Below are positions 25,366-36,821 of a stretch of DNA of 64,000 bases, one piece after another. The position numbers and the translations under genes are program-made. The notes below the pieces were generated by a model. The model had not been told where the DNA came from. It did no database searches and saw nothing but the letters and a program-made list of their open reading frames with translations. Location: assembly GCA_951406725.2 (NCBI GenBank), contig OX597814.1, positions 48,980,001-49,044,000 of the forward strand, in the 5' to 3' direction. How positions within the stretch are numbered: position 1 is the first letter of the stretch; each line of letters begins with the position of its first letter. Origin of the DNA: Octopus vulgaris. Taxonomy: Eukaryota.

Positions 25366-25514
25366 AATAATAATAATAATTATAACAACATCAAAAAATA
25401 CCTCAGTAATGAGAACCCAGGTTTGAAATTTCCCCAAGACACCTGATGAAGGCTGGAAACATGTTAACAACAAACAAGATGAGGATAAATATCTGTCAAA
25501 TGTAAACAATGTAT
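25366..25514 (+). mobile_element. Headless inverted second copy of the same element
   Basis: Reverse complement of 25125-25296; contains GACAC-CTGATGA-A-GGCTG-GAAAC-ATGTT. Confidence 0.75.
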
Positions 25515-25516
25515 AG

Positions 25517-25563
<47 letters not shown>

Positions 25564-26659
25564 TGTATGTATATATATGAGCAATATTCAAATGTGTCAC
25601 ACTGAACATCATATTGAATGTGGTTGATGAATTTTCTATCCTGCAGCAAACACCTAATTTTGGGGATGCAGTTTAGTAGTGCAATCACCATACAGCAATC
25701 AGAAAATACCTTGCACTGATAATATGTTTGAATGTTCTAGCATTCTTGTACAAATGTTTCCTATGTATATGTAACAGTTATATTAATACAGTTCTAATGC
25801 TGTAGAAGAATAAATTTTCATATCTCTATTAGTAGTTGTTTTCAAGATTTCTTTGCCTTAAAATGGCGAAAGTCTGGCATGAAATATCTAAACTATGTAT
25901 GAATGATGTATGTGCTGAAATTTAGCAAGAAATGGAGAGTGGTATCATCTGCAGAGGGAAAGTGTGTGATTAAAAATAACAAAGTCTAATGTAAATATAA
26001 TAGAATATGGAGGGCATAACCAAATATTGAATTATATCAGCACTGATACAATGTGGGTTAAAAAGTTCTATCACCACTTGCTGAAACTGAGTGGTTTGAC
26101 AGCAAACACTGATACAAGAGTTAAAAGACAGTAATCATAGACTAGAAGCTTGGTGAAGAACTTCTTGTGCTGGACATGGCTAGAAGTTTTACTAATATTA
26201 AGGAGAATAGCAACAATACTTCATCAAAACCCTCAGAGGGAGATCACTGGTGTATAGCATAGGATAACAGATCTCAAGTAGATCTGTCACTATGGAAACC
26301 ACACAGGTGGAACTGAGAAGAGAAAGCTTTGTTTCTATCTGCATTGAAAGCGAGAGTGATGGATCACTAGTTGGCAGTATCAGAAAGATTGCTCTTCTTG
26401 CAAATGATAGTACTATCAAGATTCAATAAGCTGAGGTAGATCATGAATGAAGTAATCAACGAGAGTAAGAACTGTCAAAGGAAGGGCAATTGTTCAAGTG
26501 TAACCATCAGGATCAGTTGTCTTATTGGAATGGGGAAACTGCAGAAATTGATGATTGTGTGTAACTGAGTTCATGAAATACATTGTCTTGAGCAGTGGAA
26601 TTCATTCAGGTAGTATTCTTCTCATCTTATAAGTTGGAAGTATGTTATCAGATTGTACC

Positions 26660-27420
26660 ATTGTAGTGTTCCTGTTGGAACTGTCATTGATATGTATTCT
26701 ATTAACTCTGGTGTACTAAAATGTTCAGTTACGTCACCCACACTCTTCTACTTGTGCATTCATGACTACTTCGCTGTTACCTCTAATAATGCTTACATTT
26801 ATAAAGACGATGCGACCTCACTTCACCTCTCAATTTTCTGCATATGGATATCATCTTTATAAAATCTAAGCACCTCACATCAAAAGAACAGTCCTTTGAT
26901 AGGAACAACCCTGTCTAAATGGACATAGCATTATAACTTCAAAAAAAGAAGAAAAAAAAATCTTTGTCTACTTGAACCTGTCTAGTCTTGGAGAATATAC
27001 AATGAAAATGCTTGAAGCCTCCACAAAAACTAGATAACACAATCTCTGATGATTTTGCCTGATGTTCTTATATTTATAACCATGAAAACTGCATCATAAA
27101 GGCTAGCTATTATCTTGAGAACCAGAAAATACTTCAGGTTCAAACAATTGTTGACACTCTCCAAAGTTTAGATGAAAACCCAATGGAATATGACTCTCAC
27201 ATCTGGAGTAGTAGTGTAGCTATATACATACATCTTAGATCACAACCAAAAGAAGTCATACAGCTGACTGACAATTTGTTTCCTATAATTTCTATCCCAC
27301 AGTCGTACCATCTCCCCTCTCTCGCTATTCCAACCCTACTACAATGACTTCTGCTCCCCACATTCATCTAATTACATACTTGTTCCTCCCAAGACCACCT
27401 GATACCCTTGTCTCTCCTCC
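26660..27420 (+). mobile_element. Old LINE reverse-transcriptase remnant (CR1/Jockey group)
   Basis: SGVLKCSVTSPTLFYLCIHD..YKDDAT resembles GVPQGSVLSPTLF..YADD. A related remnant lies at 57690-58250. Confidence 0.55.
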
Positions 27421-28157
27421 TCTCATCAACCATCCCTATCCCACCCCAAGTGAAACTATAAGCAATATAAATAACAAAGATAGTAGTTATTAGCAGCAAC
27501 AGTGTTGATTACCAAGTTATCATGGAGTGCAAGTATAAATATTCTACAAAATTAGTAGAGATCTTCTTGGCAAAAGACCAGAAGGCCTCATTGTAATTTG
27601 AAAGGTGAAAGAATTTGCAGGCTGTATAATGCCCAAAGACATCCTATTTCTGATGGTCACCTTATAGGTGCTCTGATTATGGATGTACACTTCCTGTTAG
27701 TGATGGCAGGTGACTTCTTTCAGGTGTTGTAGGTTTTCCCCTGAACAACTTCAGAACAATTCTACAACCCACATAGGAATTTAAAGTTTTGGCTTTTGAG
27801 TGTAACAGGATTTTATACATAGGAATACTTTGCTATCCCAGTTAGGTTACAAATGAAGTATATTTCCTGTATAGGAAATACTTGGAAACAGGTGAGGGTT
27901 GATGGTTGGACAGCATCCAGCTATAGAAAATTTGCCACAATAAATACTGTCCAAATACTGTTCACATGGAAAAGTGAACTTCAAAACAAAGATAGTGATG
28001 ATGATGAGAAGGAGGAGAACAATCAATATAATTCCACCCAGTTAGAAGTTATATAACATGGTTAGAATTTATATAACAAACTGTGTCAGGTGGATTGAAT
28101 TTAAGCAATGAAGGTGGCAAAGTCAGTGACAGCAGAAAACAAGACTTGGGTTTAAAG

Positions 28158-28390
28158 ATCATCATCATCATCATCGTTTAACGTCCATTCTCCATGCTAG
28201 CATGGGTTGGACGGTTCGACCGGGGATCTGGGAAGCCAGAAGGCTGCACCAGGCTCCAGTCTTATCTAGCAATGTTTCTACATCTGGATGCCCTTCCTAA
28301 CGCCAACCACTCCGTGAGTGTAGTGGGTGCTTTTTACGTGCCACCCGCACAGGTGCCAGGCAAGGCTGGCAACGGCCACGGTCGGATTGA
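28158..28390 (-). mobile_element. SINE-like family A copy (young)
   Basis: Highly similar to the 31021 and 46973 copies. Confidence 0.8.
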
Positions 28391-28559
28391 TGAAGAAAGA
28401 TATTCAAAGTCAATGCAAGCATCAGACATGTAGTTAAATGGAACATAAAAGTAAATCAAGTCACAAAATATGAATGAAAAACCATAACCCAATAGTTATC
28501 AATTCCAACAAATATCAATTTATATGCAACCTAACAACTACCCACAATATAATTATTCT

Positions 28560-28935
28560 TTTTATGTTTTACTTGTTTCAGTCATTGAACTGCAGCGATG
28601 CTAGAGTACCACCTTCAACAGATTCATCAAACATATCAGCCCCATTATTATTTTAATGAGTTTGGGACTTTTCCTATCAGTCTCTTTTTGCTGAACTGTT
28701 AAGTTATAGGGACTTAAACAAACCAGACCACTTGGCAAACGGTGAGATGGATAAACACAAACACACACACACATAAACAAAGGCTTCCACACAGTTTCCA
28801 TTCATCAAATTTACTCACAAGACATTGGTCAGCCCAAAGCTATAGTAGAAAACACTTGCCCAAGGTTCTACATGGTGGGACTGAACCTGAAACTACATTG
28901 ATGCAAAGCTAGCTTCTTAACCACGCAGCTATGTC
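28560..28935 (-). mobile_element. tRNA-derived SINE family C (diverged)
   Basis: Homologous to 13250-13650. Confidence 0.7.
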
Positions 28936-30299
28936 TGTGCATATGAAGTCATGCCTATCAGTATCTATATAAATATGTCTATATAAATATAGCATAAAAA
29001 TAGCATACATTTGAGTGATGTAACAATGAACAGAAATAGATAATGAATCACTAAATATTTGATATTGTAAGGTAAAACAGCCTGTTACAGAAATAATCAA
29101 AGATTGTCTACAAAACTACTGAATTAGTAGCACAAATGAAGACAGGAGCTTATAATACACTAATTGAAATACAACACAGTTATAAAGTGCATAGTGAGAG
29201 AAGTGAGTTAAAAATGAAACTCGGCATGTGAGAGTAAACATAGCGGATTTAATGATAGCCAAATTATACATGCACAGCAAAAGAAAGACAGAAAATCAAA
29301 AAAACATTCACCTACACATAACAAAACTCTGTATTTGTTAGTATATATGTGTTGTATGTGGGTGTGTGTGTGTGTGTGTGTGCGCATTTGTTGGATATGT
29401 GGGTGTTTGTCTGTGCAAGTGTACACACACACACACACACCGAATATAAATAAAACAGATAAGAATATCTCTTTGACTTCATAACCAAAATTACTTAAAA
29501 TGTTCTATAAATGACGATGGTAATGATGAAGACTTTCAAGCTATTAAAGATAAGTCTGTCTAATCACACATTGCAATATTCTGCATGTACACAGAATTAA
29601 TGTACAAAATGCTAATTGTGATATACAACATAGCAATTGTTTATATGGATGAGAGTTTATTTATGTATTGAAATAGACTGCAAACAGTCATTGTGGAATA
29701 ACAGTAAAAAGGTTAAAACAACACATTTTAAAATTCTATTTCAAATATATACTTGTTCTTAAGTTCAGTTCTGATTAAAATTAAGACACAAATGTAAGCA
29801 ATGAAAAGAGGAATCCTTTTTGCATTATGGGTGTGATGCATTCTTGAAAATCTCAGCGTTATGTGAAATCCCAAAACACAAAATCAAGTTTCCTACTGAG
29901 TTCCTTGTTATAAATTAAAATGTATTTTGACCAATTTTTTTTTCGTTTGAAGAAAGAAAAACATGAACAACAATAAAAACAAACACATGAAAATAATAGT
30001 TTGAGGGCTGGTGTGAGGAAGGGTATCCAGCCATAGAATCCTTGCCAAATCAGACAAATGGAGCCCAGGCAGCTCTCCAGCTGGCCAACTCCTGTGGCCA
30101 ACTCCTGTCAAACCATCCAACACATGCCAACATGAAGAACGGGTATTAAAAGATGATAATGATATAACACAGTATAATATGTACACACAGTTTCTTTTAT
30201 TTATACTTGACATTATCCCGCCACTACACCTGCTTGCTTTTATTCTCCTTCAAATACAAGAGCCACTTTCAGCCTTTCATCTTGCAAATTGAAAGATGA

Positions 30300-30541
30300 T
30301 CACACTAGTGCTGATGCCATGAAAAAGAGCATCTACAGTACAATCTGTAAAGTGGTTAGCATTAGGAAGGGCAGCAAGCTGTAAAAATCATGCCGAAACA
30401 GAGATTGGAGCAGGATGCAGTCATCCAACTTATCAGATCCTTGAACCAACCAACCCATGATAAGCATGGAAGATGGACATTAAATGATGGTGGTGGTGGT
30501 GGTGATGATGATGATGATAATAATAACAATGATGATGATGA
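30300..30541 (+). mobile_element. SINE-like family A copy (diverged)
   Basis: GCATTAGGAAGGGCA..CAACCCATG..GCATGGAAG..(GAT)n. Confidence 0.65.
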
Positions 30542-31020
30542 CTTAAATAACATTAGACTGCACAGAAATCAATTATCTTTGATGAAGAAACATTATTTTA
30601 TGCCTTAGTAATAGAGGGCCTCCATAGGTGAAGACTAACCATGCATCTGCCAGTGTTAGCAAATTATTGTAAATAATGTCACATTACCTAAGACTAGCTC
30701 TTTGGATCTGCTTGACAAAAAATCCAGATTTATAAATACCTTGAAATTTGGAAGGTTAATCCTCACTGGGAATACATTACAATCATAAAAGCTACTCAGA
30801 GACTACTGACTTTTTGGCACTTTGGATAATTTAATTAAATAGTTATACACTCAATAACTTTGCTAAAATTAATTGCAGAAATTTCCATGTTAATTATACA
30901 CAGATGACTTTGCTTGCAGCACATGTAAATTTTTTTCATAGAATTAAAAGAATTTTTGAGATACTTTGAAATTAACTTATAATAGAGAATACTATTCCAT
31001 TTTAGAGAACTATCCTAAAT

Positions 31021-31302
31021 ATCATCATCATCATCATCGTTTAACGTCCGTTTTCCATGCTAGCATGGGTTGGACGGTTCAACTGGGGTCTGGGAAGCCA
31101 GAAGGCTGCGCCAGGCCCAGTTTGATCTGGCAGTGTTTCTACAGCTGGGTGCCCTTCCTAACGCCAACCACTCCGAGAGTATAGTGGGTGCTTTTTATGT
31201 GCCAACTTCATAGGTGCCAGACGAGGCTGGCAACGCCCACAATCGGATGGTGCTTTTTACGTGCCACTGGCATGGAGGCCAGTCGGGGTGGCGCTGGCAA
31301 CT
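31021..31302 (-). mobile_element. SINE-like family A copy (young)
   Basis: Shared core motif. Confidence 0.8.
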
Positions 31303-31448
31303 CATTATTATTATTATTATTTAATGTCCACCTTTCCATGCTGGACAGGTTTTTCTGACCCATTTTAGTCACTTCTTATGACACACAATCCACATTTTTC
31401 AAGAATATCAACCACAGAGTAGTAAAAAAAACCTTAAAATCCACTCAC

Positions 31449-31637
31449 CTGATCTCGAAGCCGCACAGCAGCTCTATAAAAGACTGTGTCCTTAGCATTA
31501 TATGTTAAGCAATTCTTTATCATAAGTTCAAAGTCTGCTTGAAATTCATCAATGGTTTTGTAAATGTGGCCATCGACTTTCTTCCTAATTGTCGAGAAAT
31601 CCATGGGGTGTTCAATGTATTCCAAGTAGTCTGGGAC
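31449..31637 (-). CDS. BRPF1: BRPF/peregrin-like coding exon E (bromodomain: [17 protein letters not shown]...[18 protein letters not shown])
   Basis: TTTTAG| and |GTGAGT; 189 nt, phase 0-0. Has the bromodomain PMD motif and the conserved YN acetyl-lysine-binding Asn. Confidence 0.96.
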
Positions 31638-31737
31638 CTAAAAAATGTTCAAGTACAAATTATTTTGAATATATTAATACTTAGGTGAATTATAGCATAA
31701 AAATAATCACAAAATTTTTTGTGTGCGTGCGTGTGTA

Positions 31738-32185
31738 TTCTTTTATTTGTTTCAGTCATTTGGCTGCAGCCATGCTGGAGCACCGCCTTGAAGGATTTTA
31801 GTCGAACAAATCGACCCCAGGACTTATTTTTTCAAGCCTAGTACTTATTCTATCGGTCTCTTTTGCCAAACTGCTAAATTACATGGAGTAAACACACCAA
31901 CACTGATTGTCAAGCGATGATAGAAGAATACACACACACAACGGGCTTCTTTCAGTTTCTGACTACCAAATCCACTCACAAGGCTTTGGTCGGGTTGAGA
32001 CTATAGTAGAAGACACTTGCCCAAGGTGCCATGTGGTTGAAAAGCAAGCTTCATACCACACAGCCACGCCTGTGCCAAGTGGTTAGGCACAGAAGTAGCT
32101 GTGTGGTACTTCTCAATCACATGGTCCGGGTTCAGTCCCACAGCATGGTACCTTGGGCAAATGTCTTCTACTATAGCCTCGGGCT
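31738..32185 (-). mobile_element. SINE family C copy plus an inverted second head (about 32088-32185, plus strand)
   Basis: Homologous to 13250-13650. CTATAGTAGAAGACACTTGCCCAAGG is mirrored by CCTTGGGCAAATGTCTTCTACTATAG. Confidence 0.75.
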
Positions 32186-32394
32186 AAAACAATTATTTCA
32201 CAATATTAGATATTAGTAGGATTAGAATTAATAGAATCATATCTGAATTTATGACTGATATATTTTTATCATACTCCTCTAGGAAAATCTAAGTTTTAAA
32301 AAACACATCACTTTACAGATGATGGTAATAAAGAAATGGAAAAGAATAGATTATTTGAAAGAAATTTCAATTTAAGTGACTTGACAACACTAAC

Positions 32395-32523
32395 CTCATT
32401 TGGAGATACAGGCTCAGCAAAAATGTTTCCCACATCTTTCTCTTGAATTTGATCTAGTGCATGTCTTAAGAAAATAACAAAAGGCTGCAACTGCATTTCT
32501 GTGGCTAATTGATGTACTCTTAT
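32395..32523 (-). CDS. BRPF1: BRPF/peregrin-like coding exon D (start of bromodomain: [15 protein letters not shown]...[10 protein letters not shown])
   Basis: TTCCAG| and |GTTAGT; 129 nt, phase 0-0. Confidence 0.95.
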
Positions 32524-32714
32524 CTGGAAAGGAAAATGTCTAAGGTGAAGCACCGGGTATGCTTTGTTTCAAATAATCATGCAACAAAAGAAAAAAAGGA
32601 AAATAAAAGGCATGAAAATGTACTATAACTAACAAAACACAACTACATTATAAAAATGGTGAAAAGATAATAAAGAATTATTTTCAAATAGTGTGTATGC
32701 ATAATCTAGCAAAC

Positions 32715-32937
32715 AGATTTTGTTTAAAAAATTCCACATTTCTATTTTAATCATGTATATTCTGAATATACACAACATACAAATAATGAGACATCATCAT
32801 CATCATTGTTTAACGTCTGCCTTCTATGCTGGATGTTAAATAATGATGATGATAATAATGTCTCATTATTTGTATGTTGTATATATTCAGAATATACATG
32901 ATTAAAATAGAAATGTGGAATTTTTGAAACAAAATCT
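32715..32937. repeat. ~100-bp-arm foldback palindrome centred on a SINE tail
   Basis: 32715-32817 matches the reverse complement of 32832-32937 with few mismatches. Confidence 0.9.
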
Positions 32938-33028
32938 ATATATTTCAATAATTTACTTTTTTAATAATACAATATAGATATAATGATTTTATTCTATATT
33001 TTTTTCTAATGCAAAAGAAATAAGCACT

Positions 33029-33073
33029 AGAGCTCTGATGAAGCAATAATAAATGCTGAAACTAATCAGATCT
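33029..33073 (+). ncRNA. Slightly degenerate minimal type I hammerhead motif
   Basis: AGAGCT-CTGATGA-AGCA(8 nt)TGCT-GAAAC-TA-ATC-AGATCT; one mismatch in stem I and one in stem III. Confidence 0.55.
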
Positions 33074-34377
33074 CTTTTCCTGACCACACAGACAAAATTC
33101 TATCAAAGAAAAACATAATTTCTACTTTTCATAGTAAGGTTAAAAGTTTACTCAAAACATATACTCATAAGTTTACCTTACATTTCAGTTTGTACTAAAA
33201 TGATTCAACAAATCTTAAAATCTCATAACTGTTCAGATTCTTTGATATTACCATCATAAGGTCATACAGCTGTTTGCACTAATATTGACTAGCTCAATCG
33301 AAAATAAGAGTGGTGCCTATTCTTAAAGATATACTTCTAGTCACTAGGTTTGTAACAAAATTGTTGAGAAATCATTTAGTTAGTTGACCTGTACCTCATT
33401 TTATCTTACAATTGAAAGAAGAATTCTCAACTATTGTTTGTTCTTGCTTGAACAAGTTCTTGAGGTGCACATTAAAACATCCAGTAAATAGTATTATTTA
33501 ACTCTGTTTTCAATGGCAGTGCATAGTACTAAACAATTTAATAATGCTAAGTTTGATTTACAAAACAACCTACTTTTGATGCAGATTTGGTTGGGGTTCT
33601 CTCCACAACCACCAAATTTATAAAAGATGTTATCTAAAGTTACAACAATAAGAAACACTATACTAGGTTGAAAAGAATTTAACTAATCAACAAGTCTCAG
33701 TAAACAATAGTTGTAGGCTTCAGACTGTGCCAGCTAGCCATGTATTTGAATGGCTTCTGAGCATTTTGACTATTTTAGTGCATTTAAATTAAATGTCATC
33801 AAAGTATGTTTGTTATCCTGATGAATGTAAAGTGGCATTATATTTAGTTTAAGTCTGTTAATAAAACCAAGTTTGATGGAGAAATGAAACAACTTCTGAA
33901 ATCAAACATATGATACACAAGTATTATGGCATGTCGTTCAAACCAAACAAACAGAAAACAAAACTGATAAAAATAGTGGTATTAGAGGTGATGATCTATT
34001 GCCTGATAAACCAAGCCAGAAATACTTAAGCCACTTTAAAAATAATTTATACATTTTATTCACAATAGTGTCTATATCCCTCAATATGCTCAGTAATCAT
34101 GTATGAGTTGAAATTATTTTGTCATATCATAATTCACATACTCTTCATTGCTGCATATGCAGAGCCCTCCTACACATATTATTAAATAGGTATTACAACT
34201 TCAACAACAGCAACAAAACCTAAGTGCATAATCTTAACCTACTACAAACATCAGCAAAACATTGTTAGTCCTTATAAGTAAAGTAGAAAACACCTCTTAA
34301 GAAAACAATACAAAAACCTAATTAGTGAGCTATTTTTCAGATTGCAGTGCTTATGCAATGTAAAATAAACACATCTA

Positions 34378-34569
34378 TGAGTGGGTGCTGAAAAATACCT
34401 GGCTTTAACGGTATTGCAAAAGGCCTCGATTTAAAGAACTCAGAAAAACTGAAGGACTGCTGCAATAAGCGTGTGAATCTGAGAAGGGAATATATTGAAT
34501 AAAATCATAATTGACTCATCCTCCTGTATTTTCATTTACCCAAAACCAGGAACTTTTCAGCACCCCTCA
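34378..34569. mobile_element. Mariner-type MITE
   Basis: TA flanks; TIRs TGAGTGGGTGCTGAAAAATACCTGG / CCAGGAACTTTTCAGCACCCCTCA. Confidence 0.8.
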
Positions 34570-35797
34570 TAAAATCTGCAATAATGTACTACAAGAACCC
34601 ATCTTCTCACTCAAAATTTTTAACCCACATGACCTTTCCACACTTCTACAAAACATACACCCACAACCTCTTATGCAGATGACATGATAGTGACGCGTCT
34701 CTGTCCATTCCCCAAACAGTACCATAACTATCTGGAATCATCCAGAATCCTGTTTGCAAATGAAGAGATAAAGTACTACCTACCAAATCTAATATGAAAG
34801 TTCATTAGATACAACCAATTATCAGCATCACAAATCTCTCATCATGATGCCACGGATTGGTTCTGATGGTTATTTGATACTACATCCAGCTCATCCTCTC
34901 TCTCATCAAACAAGTAACAGTCATTAGTATTTCCCTTGCCACCTCTACTACTAACCACCACACTTCTTCCCTTACAGATCACCCCTTTACTTTCTTACCA
35001 TCCATTACTCTCCTACCACTGCCATCTCATCATTCATCATTGATGCTCTACCTTTCCACTTAATACCGTTCTTCTATACTGTTAGCTGCTACTCCCCTCT
35101 CCAGCAGGTCACACATTACTGACATCTATCACATTCTAAAAACTGACCATTTCTACAATTAGCCATTGCTTTGCTCTCAACAACCACTGTCTCTCTCATT
35201 TCTCCCTGCCATCACTATCCATCTCTGCACCATAACTCTTTTTATTTCCATTTCTCCTTCCTTCCACGTTGTCAGCCCAATTTACTTCTCCCAAATATAC
35301 ACTTGCTTCATTCTCCCATCTTTGTTCACATTCTACAGCCACCCTTTACTAACTGCTCTAATGTCACCCTGATTGAATGGAGACAACTGCACAGAGATGA
35401 AAACTCCTTTTGTTGTGAATGATAAAAGGTACTTTCACTAGCGCTGATACTATGATAAAAAGCACCCAATACTCTGCAAAATGATGGGTGAATGAATGGA
35501 GACAACATATTGCCAAGATGATCTTTTTAATATCTTCTGTTAAAGAGACAACTGTTCTAGTGCTGGTGCCCCAATAAAAAGTATCCATATTCTCAGTAAA
35601 GTGATGTTATGAAGAACATTTGGTCATAGAAACCACGCCAAATAAAACATGCAAGCAAGATGTGACTCCTGGTACATTTAGAAAGGTAGTAACACTAAAT
35701 AAAAACCAATTCAGACTATAACAACCTGTCCAACCCATGTCAGCCAGGAAAGTAGATGTAAAACAATAATAACGATACATGGGAAATTATAATTTAA

Positions 35798-36180
35798 CCC
35801 TTTACATCTGGCCCAGATATTATGCCGTTTGCCAGACTCGTCTGGCACATAAAAAGCACCCACTACACTCATGGAGTGGTTGGCGTTAGGAAGGGCATCC
35901 AGCCGTAGAAACATTGCCAGATCAGACTGGGCCTGGTGCAGCCTTCTGGCTTCCCAGACCCCAGTTGAACCGTCCAACCCATGCTAGCATGGAAAGCGGA
36001 CGCTAAACGATGATATGTTCAAACTGGTAAGATCTGGCTTTTCACACCTACCCAACAATGTCATTCTAAAGAATAATCAATCACATCATTAAAATCTCAA
36101 AGCTATGAGATGACACATAATTTGAAATAATGTGAATAAAACTGCATTATATTTGACAGAGTTATCTGAATGCTGAAGGG
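35798..36180. mobile_element. piggyBac-like MITE interrupted by a family A SINE (about 35842-36013, plus strand)
   Basis: TTAA-CCCTTTA...GCTGAAGGG-TTGA; body homologous to 42929-43148. Confidence 0.7.
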
Positions 36181-36689
36181 TTGAAGCATTTACACAGGTA
36201 CCTCATTTTACCAACACAAATACCAACATTCGTGAACAAACAATATATTAAATTTATCATGAACCATGTCAATTATGTCTAGGCACACTCTTCTATTCCT
36301 TGAAGAACAATAACTGTTGAGAGGAAAACTAAAACCTGTGAGAGGAATATTTTCCTGAATTATGAAACAGTGGTTTAGAACAAAGTAAGCTGAAAATACC
36401 AAATCACAGAATAAAAGATGCAATGGGTTGTCTCATAAAAATGACTTTCTGGTGCACATTCAGCAAGACTGCACCTTGCCAGATGAGATGCTTTCCAATA
36501 AAAAAATTCATTGTACTTTCCCACCAAACCCATCAGAATGGTGTATTGTGAATAACATTGTTACAACTGATGTAGAAATTTGCAATACTAAAAAGAAAAA
36601 TTTTCTTAAAAAGCTTAGAAAACTATCATCTGCTTCACATTTTACTTTTAAAGCATTTTCTGAATTCGAGCAATAGTAAAATTCCAAAC

Positions 36690-36821
36690 CTGTTCTCTTT
36701 TCAGCTTTTCTCGTTTCCTAATGAGTTCCACCAGCAGACGAGCTTTTTCAAGATCCTGCCGAAGCCTCTGCCAATATTTCAGTTGTGCTCGTAAAGCATT
36801 GCTTTGCTTATCATTCTTTGT
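36690..36821 (-). CDS. BRPF1: BRPF/peregrin-like coding exon C (EPC-II: ...[31 protein letters not shown])
   Basis: TTGCAG| and |GTTTGG; 132 nt, phase 0-0; characteristic BRPF motif. Confidence 0.96.

Noticed and set aside
33815-33850. Other CTGATGA or CTGAAGA hits (also near 16603, 22778, 27046, 42757, 61470)
   Set aside because: No stem II followed by GAAA.
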